A stretch of 59,477 nt of DNA, the filler included, from Squatina squatina (lineage: Eukaryota): assembly GCA_031763465.1 (NCBI GenBank). It is 3 parts of 3 records of this genome, joined end to end, with 100 filler letters (N's around TTAATTAATTAA, not from the genome) between each part and the next. Parts side by side here need not be neighbours in the genome. Positions count along the whole stretch, not along the records: positions 18,362 to 39,327 come from JARFOE010000080.1; positions 39,428 to 59,477 come from JARFOE010000001.1; 1 more part is not named here. One strand, 5' to 3'. Below the pieces are notes generated by a model that was given only the letters and a program-made list of their open reading frames with translations, ran no database searches and was not told the origin of the DNA. Of this stretch, positions 35,213 to 45,589 are shown piece by piece (within the stretch, counting starts at the first letter, position 1; each line of letters begins with the position of its first letter). Position numbers and translations under genes: made by a program.

Positions 35213-36251
35213 CAACTAGTGGTCAAGTGCTGCAAGTACCTCATAACAGTTGACATTGAATGGGAAATATTGACAAAATAATGTTACAACGGTAATGGTT
35301 GCCACAAAAGCGTGACCAAAAATTGTGGACAATGTATGTGCATCCTACAGACAAGTTTTAATATATAGATTTAACACATTAATGGAAAACAAGCTGGTTA
35401 TAGTTAAATATTTACAGGTTTACTGAAATATAACCCATTTAGTGGGAGAATCTATTTTGTTAAATATGTTGGTTTTAATTATTAAATAACTCCTTATTTC
35501 TGGCTAAGAGGCCTCAACATGCTATCATACATGTTGGACACACGATTGCGCCCATCATTGTTCACATTGCAGCTGTGTCTGGTGCTCATGTGAAGTGTTG
35601 GAGAATTTGTTGGACAACCTGTGCACTACTAGTTTAAAATATTTCAATTATTGTAAAGACAGTAGTAAGGCATTCTGTTTTTATAAAGTGGCGGGGGGGG
35701 GTAAAGAAACTTACTATTGTGGCTTCCTTATTACTGAACCTCATTACTACACAAGATCAAGAATCAAGAACTTATTTGCTTTATTCCCAGTTGATACAAA
35801 CTTACCAATACANNNNNNNNNNATCATATTAGATGATAGCAAGCACATGCTGAGTTCTTACCAGTTAATTGGTCAGTTACCACTAGCCATTGTAGGTTAC
35901 TCCTGATCACATTTGGCACTATCAGCTGCATCTGCTCAAGCTCGGCCCATCACTGTTACATTCTAGAATTCCCATGTGTTCATACATTAATGAACACTAG
36001 TCACCCAAGTAATTAATTCTCATCAGTCTTCTTGTTTGCACACCATTAAGATGTACCACAAGAAGTTGCTTATGCTAAAATGAATCAGATTGCACTTCTT
36101 CAAGTATAAATTATAAAATAAATTATTCTGCCCAAAAATGTGCTCTTCTACACAAGCTATGCTTATGGCTTGAGTCACATTGCAAATTTAGTGATGAATT
36201 ACAGATATTTTTGAGACTATACTCATTTCTTTGTAGTCCTGTACATTTTAA

Positions 36252-36412
36252 ATGAATTCTTGGGATATGGGTGTTGCTGGCAAGGCCAGCATTTATTGGC
36301 CATTCCTATTTGCCCTTGAACCACTGCACTGGTGAAGGTACTTCCACAGTGCTGTTAGGGACGGGGTACCAGAATTTTGATCCAGTGATGACGAAGGAAT
36401 GTTTGACTTGGA
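36252..36412 (-). mobile_element. LINE 3' end (same family as 52095-52722)
   Basis: gggatatgggtgttgctggcaaggccagcatttattg is the near reverse complement of caataaatgctgaccttgccagtgatgcccacatcc (about 52665-52700). Confidence 0.75.
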
Positions 36413-37297
36413 GACTATGGCTTTACCTCTGAGATGTCAGGGGAGCAACCTTTCTGTTCTTTTGTGTGCATTTACACTAAGTTTTGCATCCGTGTGAAGT
36501 AGTTCTGGCTTCACACCAATGCTCGACTTATGTAGTACAAATGTGTTGAAAACTGAACTGACTCTAGGAGCAGAGTGAGACGCCCTTCCCTTGGGAGGTT
36601 TACCATGGTCAGGCTCTGGATTCAGGCTGCATTTACACTATAGCTGTAGTGTCTGTGCAAAGTGAACACCTTTGCACCAATGTGGCATAAATGCCCCATA
36701 AAACTAACAGTCACAACTTACACATTCCGAGTGCATTGTAGTTAAATGTCTCCCTGCCCCCAAAACCCAATCTATGCAGATAATTATTCTTTCTTCCTGC
36801 TCATTGTTTCTCAGGGCACAATCTGGAGATAAGAGTCTGCATTCTCCAGTAAGTGGGTTAATTGATTGGAAACCTTGATACATGAGTATCCCTGGTGAGC
36901 AGTTAAGTGTTATGTTTTGAATTTAGAAACCTTATTAATCTATTTAACCAGTTAACATTTATTTATTTAATAATGTGACTGACTGGCTGTGGATCACAGT
37001 TTGTGCATCTCAGCTAAAAGGTTTACCTTTACAACTGCGTTTTTTTTGTATTAACCTTATTTTTATCTCGGCCATCCTTGGTTCAGGAATTGAGTTCATT
37101 TGTAAAGTGATGCTGTATCTTCAGAAGCCAGAGTTGTGCATCCAAATGCCTTTTACCTTTTTGCTGTAACAAAATATGATTCCATTTTTGTTTCAATTTA
37201 CTGTTTGTTTTAAAAAGGTGAGGCAGTAGCTAAAAGTAAAGGCAACTATGTTTGACCAAGGTAATAGACTCGCATTGTTCTTTGGAACTCAGCACTT

Positions 37298-37425
37298 TAT
37301 ATGGGAAATCAGGGATACTGACGGTGTCCCTGATGACTACGTGTGCAGGAAATGTGTCCAGCTGGAGCTCCTGGCAGACCGCATTGAACGGCTGGAGCTG
37401 CGGTTGGATTCATACTGGAGCATCC
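37298..37425 (+). mobile_element. CR1 ORF1 N-terminal fragment
   Basis: WEIRDTDGVPDDYVCRKCVQLELLADRIERLELRLDS, the CR1 ORF1 zinc-finger/coiled-coil also seen at 30819. Confidence 0.8.
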
Positions 37426-38479
37426 NNNNNNNNNNNNNNNNNNNNNNNNNNNNNNNNNNNNNNNNNNNNNNNNNNNNNNNNNNNNNNNNNNNNNNNNNNN
37501 NNNNNNNNNNNNNNNNNNNNNNNNNGTTAGGGGGATACAGTCCTCCCACAACTTTTAGGCTTTTTAAAACCACAGGAATCACCTAATTACTAATTCCATA
37601 TTTGTCTTACTTTTTTTCTTTTATTCTTTTCAGTCTTGGTGGTGTCTTCCATGATGGGCCTTGTTCTTCACCTGAATGTCAATAACAAAGCTATCTGAAT
37701 TGAGTCTCAGAAAATGCCATGGGGCCCAAGCAAGACTGTTAATCATACAACATCATTCTTTGTTATTAAAAAGATGTTGTTTTAACTGCTATTAGATCTT
37801 CCCCATTGCCAAACACTTAACAAATAAGTCATCACACGCCCCGTCTGGTACTATCCCAGGAGACAGCTGTGCATAATTTTCTCAAATAGTGTGCTAAACT
37901 AATGTTCTACATTATGTAGAGAAATTATGGCCAGTGGAAAATTGGAATCAATTTATTTGTGAAATTATTTGATATTAATGATTTATATATTTAGGATGTA
38001 TATGATCTGAATGTATTGCAAATTGTTTTCAATTCTAAACATAAAACAGTTTTCTAGTTGCCCTGATAAAAATGGATCTTCAGGATTTCCAGTTGTTTTG
38101 AAAAAATGAGATTCTCGACAGTTTATATAAGACTTGAATATACTGCACACGTTGCTTATAATTCTGGATTGCTTTCTCCAGCTCTCTACTGTAAGGTACA
38201 CCACCCCATCAACACCATAATCATTTGATCATACTGTGGCCCTTTGGATCCATCAGTAGTGTGATCATAAGAACGTGAAGAGGTCTATGCTTAAAAAACG
38301 GAAGAAGACGATTAGTATTACAACACTAAAATACTGCAGTTCACTTTTTGTGGCTCTTCAGCATTCTGCACCTCCTGCTCTGGCCCAGCCCCTTGTATTA
38401 ACTGTGGACAAAACAGTATTATTGCTGACCAGAATCATTATCTTATACAAATTAAACAACTTTGATTAACTGGTCTGTT

Positions 38480-38815
38480 CACGAACCGGGCGTTGATGTA
38501 ATGAGCCGGCCAAGGTACGCGTATTTGCAATCCGTTAACAGTTTCTCTGGGGAGAATTAAACCAGTGTGTGACTGGTGTGAAGGATGAATTTAAATGAGG
38601 GACGGGCCAATGCAAATCACAGTTAGCAGCAGAAACCGGCAGCTGCAGCCCCGTCTCTCCCCCTCTCTAACATACACACACACACACAGAGAATAGACAC
38701 TGAGAGGTCCGGAGACACAACAAAGACATTCAGTATCTCTCCCTCTTATAATATTAGGAAGAACATTTCCTGGAAGTAAAAGCGTCTCGGGATCCACGTT
38801 CACCTCCAGACATTG
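38480..38815 (+). promoter_or_regulatory. DCLK1: Candidate DCLK1 promoter and non-coding exon 1
   Basis: CpG-enriched; CCAAT (38607) overlapping octamer ATGCAAAT (38610-38617); CAGCTG (38640); TTCCTGGAA (38767-38775); donor-like CATTG|gtatgt at 38816, 290 bp before the coding-exon acceptor. Confidence 0.5.
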
Positions 38816-39116
38816 GTATGTATTATATTACAATTCGTGCAATCTAAACCACTTAGAGCACTGGGTGTAAACAGGACCAAATGAGACCATCAAAGGTGTA
38901 TTGCTCAATAAATATTTTTCTAATTGACGATTTTGAGATGAACGTTATATTTTTTTCATGCGAGATAGTGACAGGGCTGGATTGAGTTGCGTGCGGGCTT
39001 TTAATAGTCATTTCCCTTTGTTGTAAAGCAACCTCGGATTCGTGGACAAGAGATAAATTCTAAAGCGAAATGTATTTGTCTTTTTAAAAAAAAACATAAT
39101 TCTAGATCAACTCAAC

Positions 39117-39327
39117 ATGGATAGAGATTTGGAGTTTGAACATTTTGATGAACGAGACAAGGGAATGAGATACGGCAGGGCGTCCCGGCTGAACGGCTTA
39201 CCCAGCCCCACACACAGCGCCCACTGCAGCTTCTACCGGACCCGCACCCTGCAGACGCTCAGCTCGGAGAAAAAAGCCAAGAAAGTGCGTTTTTACCGCA
39301 ACGGGGACCGCTACTTTAAGGGCATCG
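39117..39327 (+). CDS. DCLK1: Doublecortin-like kinase 1, first coding exon (partial; start of first DCX domain)
   Basis: Acceptor ttctag|ATCAACTCAAC ATG; [78 protein letters not shown] and synteny favour DCLK1 over DCX/DCLK2. Confidence 0.92.
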
Positions 39328-39427
39328 NNNNNNNNNNNNNNNNNNNNNNNNNNNNNNNNNNNNNNNNNNNNTTAATTAATTAANNNNNNNNNNNNNNNNN
39401 NNNNNNNNNNNNNNNNNNNNNNNNNNN
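39328..39427. other. Synthetic scaffold spacer 44N-TTAATTAATTAA-44N
   Basis: 12-mer at 39372-39383; it cuts the DCLK1 exon in mid-sequence. Confidence 0.95.
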
Positions 39428-39589
39428 TTTAGTGATGCATTGTGCTTTTTGCCATTGTAGTCTGGAATTCATGCTGTGCAACATAATCTGATGAGCACTT
39501 AAAATAAACAAGATAATGAATGTGTTTAAATAGTAAAAAAAGGAATTTGATATTAATGCATTAAGGGTTTGCACAATAATATTGCACAA

Positions 39590-40200
39590 TGTAACTTCCA
39601 GCCCTGTATCTCCAACCTTGCTGATCATTTGTACTGTTTGTCGGGTACTGCAGCCTTTACAGTCTTCAGCTTGATTCTGGCTTCACTGACATCTTCAATT
39701 TCAAATGGCTCCCTTAACTTCAAGTTCTGTCATTGTTTTTTTTCTGGAACCTTTAGCTTTTCTTATAGCTCAAGTTTGCTTGGAACCTATTTTAAGGATT
39801 CAGCACACTGTTTTATCTTGTCTTCTCTATAGTCAAAGTCAATCCTTGCTTGTCTTTTACTGGGAATGACCTTGGTCCTTCCCTGCCTGATATAAGCTTT
39901 GTTATCTTGTAATACAGCCTTGAAGCTCCTTTTGCTTGCTCTGCTTCTTCAGCTTTACTTTCTATCCAGTTTCTTTTGTCATTTCTGCACTTTCCTTGAC
40001 TCCCTTTTCCTTATTCCCACTCATTTTTTTTCCATTTCCTTGTTTTTCCTGGATTCTGGCATCTTTTAGTCTCCATCTTTAGTCTCTTCCATTCGTCTAT
40101 ACCCATTTCTTTGTTCTATCAATGATGCATTTGTGTATTTGTCCTTTTCTGTAACTAATTGTTCCCACTGTTGCCTTGTTTGTCTGTATTACATGGCTGG
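39590..40200 (-). mobile_element. RTE-clade LINE relic
   Basis: Minus strand DKRNWIESKAEEAEQA..LYYKITKLISG..PVKDKQG..EPFEIEDVSEARIKLKTVKAAVPD, typical of the RTE EN-RT linker. Confidence 0.7.
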
Positions 40201-40274
40201 CCCTTTGTAACAGTGTTGGGATAGCGAGAGAGATTGAAATAGATACCACCAACAGTCCTGTTTGGTTTAGCCTG

Positions 40275-40661
40275 TCCAAGAGCGAAAGCTGTATGTAATT
40301 TCAATGGATTTAATAGAGTTCTTTGAGAAAATTATGATGTTTATTGATGAAGGAAACGCAGTAGATGTTATTTTTATGGATTTTCAAAAGGCGCTTGATT
40401 AGATGCTGCTTATTGATAAAATGAAGGCACATGGTATTAAAGATAATGCGGCAAAGTGGGTAGAAAGTAGGAGTTAAGTCCTGTTTTGATTCTCTAATTT
40501 GGGGAGGTTGTCAAGGTCATGGAGAGACTGCACACAAAGTTTACCATGATGCCAAAGATGAGAAGCTTATGAGGAGAGACTTGGTAAATTGTGGCTCTTT
40601 TCATTCGAACAAAGAAGGTTTAGGACTTCTGATAGAGGTATTCAAAATTATGAAGGGTTTT
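40275..40661 (+). mobile_element. CR1 RT fragments
   Basis: LIEFFEK..IDEGNAVDVIFMDFQKA..KMKAHGI; later LIEVFKIMKGF. Confidence 0.8.
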
Positions 40662-42489
40662 NNNNNNNNNNNNNNNNNNNNNNNNNNNNNNNNNNNNNNN
40701 NNNNNNNNNNNNNNNNNNNNNNNNNNNNNNNNNNNNNNNNNNNNNNNNNNNNNNNNNNNNNCTCCAAAGTGGCCACATTATAAACTACATATTTACATGA
40801 TAATAGCCACTACAGGGTGAATACACGAGGCAGCAATATCCTGAGGTAGCTTTATTTGAGCATCTGTCAGTATCTAGATATTATGTATCATTATTTCATA
40901 AAGGTGATGATGGACTTTTTGAATGGTGCAGTGGATTTGAGGACAATCCTTTTAGCTCTAGCATCTGGGTTGCAATTCAAGCCAGCCAGATGGGATGTGA
41001 GCATTCTCATTCTTTCTCTCTCACACATGCAGCTGACACAGTATTAAGGCAAATAATTGACACAGCATTTGTGAATTTTCATCAGAAGTTGTACAAAATC
41101 CTAGAAAATTTGGCAAGAGTGGGTTTGTTAATGTGTATTAGGAATAATCTTTTGCGTCACATTTAGGATCTAAATTAAGTCTACTCAGGTGTAATTAGAA
41201 CAAAAATAGAATTTGGGTTCAATTTGCATGAGACAGAAGTTTGTCAATTTTCTGTTTTTGTCCATTCTCAGCTTCGTGACGTCTTATTAAGATGCCTCAA
41301 ATGTGTTTCTATGGGTTTGTGTCACTGACTGAAAATGAATGGAATATTATAGGATTTCCATTGATTATGCTCTTGTTCTTACAAGTTTATTTGTGTCTGC
41401 TCCATCTGCCCTTTTTAATTTCCACTGTAATGACACTTTACCTGAGACTGCATCATCTAGTGGTACATGCACAAAATGGCTACCTCATGACACAGGTATT
41501 TCTCAAACCAGCTTGTAAATAATTTTCAGAGAATAGTGAATGGGATTTTTCTTTTAAATTAAAGGTCTATTAATTCCATAAATTTCATGAAATAAAATGA
41601 TTAATACAATGCCAGGTCCCAGAGGTGAAATTTTAGTGTTCTGATGTACTGCCCATCCAATCCTTGAAAAACATTTTTTTTCAAAAGCCAAAATAATTCT
41701 ACACATAATTTTGGTAATAAATAGGTGATTCAATTTTTAAACATAATTTATATTCTCCACTGTTCTCCCCGAAGTGTTCACCTTCCACAAATGAAAAGAA
41801 ACCATGCTCTTTGGTATCCATCAATGCCTCTCCATACTGAGTTGCAAGCAAATGCACAAGAGTTACCTGGATTACTGCTTCTCCAATATTTCCCTTTCTC
41901 CCTGGGTAAGTCCTGCCACATTAGTTCAACTGCAAGTGTGACCAGATTCCATTTGATCAGCTCTATTTGCACAGTCTGTTTGATTAATAACAGATTGTTC
42001 TGGAACAGTACAAGTAAACAAAACAGGATTGCTGGAAGGGCCCAGACAAGGTGCATCATCTGTAAAGTTTGATATTTTTGCAGAGCAATTGAAATTTCAT
42101 GGCTTTGTAGCAGAATGGCCCATCAAATCAGAGAGGCAGTAATACATTTGTTGTCATCAATTCACATTTTTGGTGCTGGGAAAGTGTATGGTACCACAAA
42201 CATTCTCATTGGAAAAACTGATGTTATTGGTTACCATCAATGGTGTCAACCTTCCCCCACAAAGCTTACTAAATGTCACTAAATGTTGAAGTACAAAATG
42301 ATTCCCAAGGATATTTGAGCTCTTGATACATATATGCTTTTATAAGGTTCTGCTAACAGTAAATGTCAATGTTATCAAATCAAAGTCCAGCTAGTAAACT
42401 CAAATTTAGAAGCTGTCACTTTGGTCCAAACACTCTGCTGCAGAGGAAAATATTCTACAACCTCATTTTATTATAAAATATCCACCTCC

Positions 42490-42755
42490 ATGATGGCTCA
42501 ATTGGTAAGTACACTTTCTAGTGGCCAGTTGAATTGTACAGAACATGGTCGTCCTTGGTTCAATCCCCAGCTGGTGCTGAGTTAGCTGAATTTTGCCAGT
42601 TGGTGGAAAGCAACCCAGAATTAACTTCAGTGCTGCTGGCTTAGGGAGGGAAGAAATCAGCCAGGTTCCTGCTCTAAATCTCAGTCCAGGGACTCTTGCT
42701 GAAAAGTGTGTGTACATGATCATTGTGCGAGGAAAGAGTTAAGGTCAGTTGTGCC
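42490..42755 (+). mobile_element. AmnSINE2-like tRNA-derived SINE
   Basis: A box tggctcaattggt, B box ggttcaatccc, body gtgctgagttagctga..ttagggagggaagaaatcagccaggttcctgctc..tccagggactcttgctgaaaagtg resembling the AmnSINE2 consensus as recalled. Confidence 0.6.
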
Positions 42756-43659
42756 AGGAGTCCTACTTCATAAAATTATTAAATGGGTACAACATTTTTT
42801 TAAGAAGGCCAAAGTGTGGCAGGATGGAATTTTCACTTGCCATTTTGCCCAGCTGTTGCCCTCATCTCCAGTCATGCGATTGGCTAATTTGCATACTTGA
42901 GGCGGGCATTCTGCCACTTTGCCAAAGGACACTGAAACCGGGAAGGGCCAAAGAAAAATTATCCCAACATTTCTTTAGAATGCCCTCCAGGGAATAAAGG
43001 GACAGTCTTTAAAAGATAATCAATCCCGCAAGCATATTTGGGACCTATGCCTGCTCTTACCAGATGTAACTCTCACTAGGCTGGATGGAAAGCCGTCGCT
43101 TATCCAAGGGACCAGGGGCCACGGGAGACTCTCCAAGTTGATGATGTCAAAAAGGACACTTCGGAGAAGCATCTCTTGCAACAGGTCCAGAGAATGTTTG
43201 ACCCAAAGACTGTCCAAGATTTAACCGACCTCCAGAGCCCCAAGCAGTTGATATGTAACCAAGAAGGATTCCACACAGGGGTGTGAGAGTAACTACACGT
43301 TTTTGTCGAGTACGTTGGGTGACAGTTATCATTAATGTAATGAATGTGCTGGCAGTTTTGTAACTTCGTGTGTCTGTTATAATAAAGCTTCGTACACAGT
43401 GCGTGATGACTAACAGGGCGATGAACCTTAACCTCACGACACTGACCCAGTTTCGCTTCTACCTTGGTAGTGACTTCCCTGTTTGGTGAGACCTGTGCTG
43501 GGCGCCCATATTCACAAAAATCAACCCAGTCCTCCCTAACACCCGAGTACATGCAGTCACTCTTGGCCTGTGATGATTCGCTGGACTCTGACCCGTGGAC
43601 GGGCCACGTAAATCCCCGAAATAAACACTCTATTAATGGGATCCGTCCCATGAGTATAC

Positions 43660-44577
43660 GAGCTTAGTCATGAATCAATCCAGTGTGGAATTCAGCAGAA
43701 ACCTCTTTGCCCAGAACATGGTGGATTATGGTACAATAGCGGAGGCTCTGACCATCATTTTCAATCCTCTCTGGCTACGTGTGTGGTGCCAGAGGACGAG
43801 AGGATTACTAACGGTGTACCATTGTTTAAAAGGGGAGAAAGGGATTGACCCAGTAATTACAGGCCAGTCAGCCTAATATGCCAGTGGGCAAATTATTGGA
43901 AAAAATTCTGAGGGACACTGCTAATTGTCACTTAGAAAGGCACGGATTAATCAAGGACAGTCAGCATGGATTTGTTAAGGGAAGGACTTGTCAGACCAAC
44001 TTGATTTAATTTTTGTGGAGGTAATTAGGAGGGCTGATGAGGATAGCGCATTTGATGTAGTCTACATGGATTTTAGCAAGGCTTTTGACAAAGTCCCACA
44101 TGGTAGACTGGTCAGAAATATAAAAGCCCATGGGATCTAAGGGAAAGTGTCAACTTGGATCCAAAATTGGCTCAGTGTCAGGAAGCAAAGGGTGATGGTT
44201 GATGGGTATTTTTGTGACTGGAAGGCTGTTTCCAGTGGGGTTCCATAGGGCTCAGTACTAAGTCCCTTGCTTTTTGTGGTATATATCAGTGATTTCGGCT
44301 TCAATAGAGGAGGTATGACTAAGAAATTGGCCATGTGGTTGACAGGAAGAAAGCTGTAGACTGCAAGAAGATATCAATGGACTGGTCAAGTGGGCAGATA
44401 AGTGGCAAATGGAATTCAGTCTGGAGAAGTGTGAAGTCATACATTTGGGGAGGGCTAACAAGGCAAGGGAATACACAATAAATGGTAGGAAACTGAGAAG
44501 TGCAGAGTAACAGAGGGACCTTGGAGTGCATGTCCACAGATCCCTGACGGTAGCAGGACAGGTAGATGAGGTGGTTA
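43660..44577 (+). mobile_element. CR1 LINE RT fragment
   Basis: IAEALTIIF..NYRPVSL..SQHGFVKGR..DVVYMDFSKAFDKVPH..SGVP.GSVLSPLLF..WADKWQMEF..KCEVIHLG, with stops and frameshifts. Confidence 0.92.
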
Positions 44578-44846
44578 ATCCCATCCAGCGACTTAAGCAT
44601 GTGAATCTAGGCTGACACTCCAGTGCAGTACTGAGGGAGCGCTGCACTGTCGGAGGTGCTGTCTTTCAGATGAGACGTTAAACCGAGGCCCTGCCTGCTC
44701 TCTCAGGTGGACGTAAAAGATCCCATGGCACTATTTCGAAGAACAGCTGGGGAATTATCCCCGGTGTCCTGGCCAACATTTATACCTCAATCAACATAAC
44801 AAAAAAAGTTTTTCTGGCCATTATCACTTTGCTGTTTGTGGGAGCT
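44578..44846 (+). mobile_element. DeuSINE (SacSINE1-like), well-preserved Deu domain
   Basis: gctgcactgtcggaggtgctgtctttcagatgagacgttaaaccgaggccc..ctctcaggtggacgtaaaagatcccatggcactatttcgaagaa..ccggtgtcctggccaa matches the Deu-domain core as recalled. Confidence 0.85.
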
Positions 44847-45589
44847 NNNNNNNNNNNNNNNNNNNNNNNNNNNNNNNNNNNNNNNNNNNNNNNNNNNNNN
44901 NNNNNNNNNNNNNNNNNNNNNNNNNNNNNNNNNNNNNNNNNNNNNNCTCCTTGAGGACAGTTGGAAACAAGAAGAATGTGATTCATTAATGCGCAAAGTT
45001 CAGCAGCTTCATATTGTTGTCTCATTTATTCCAATGTGATGAGTTATCAATAAATTATGGAAGAATTAGCAAAAAGTGATTTTACATTAAAGGGTTCAGC
45101 AGAGAAGGTCAGATATACAAAATACCATTAATCTAAAGGTTAAAAAGAATTGGTTTTGCAGCTTTCTCATTATGATAGAACAGACATAGTCTAATGTGTA
45201 TTGATGTGAAAATATGAAGGGATATCTGGGGCACAAAAATTCTGAACCACATCCTTACATTTCCATTACCGAGCACAATTTAAATCATGCGTTTTTTGTC
45301 TGGTAGTGCATATAACTTACACCATGTTAGGAACCATGTAGCTGATAATTATGATGGTTAGCACCAGTGGTTTGGCTGCATATCAGATGCAGACGACAGC
45401 CATCGTCTGGCATTGAAGCCTGAGGCCAGGTTTGCTCCTATAGCTCACAGCATGGGACGAGGCAGTGGGCAAGCAAAGACCTAAAGCAACAGGCCAACCC
45501 CATAATAAGACTCCTTTAACAGCACTGCTGGAGCTCAGCCTCCATTTAAAATTAAGCCATGTTGTCTCCTGACTATTAAAGGAGATGAT

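Noticed and set aside
39117-39327. DCX or DCLK2 identity
   Set aside because: QTLSSEKK and the position after SOHLH2 fit DCLK1.
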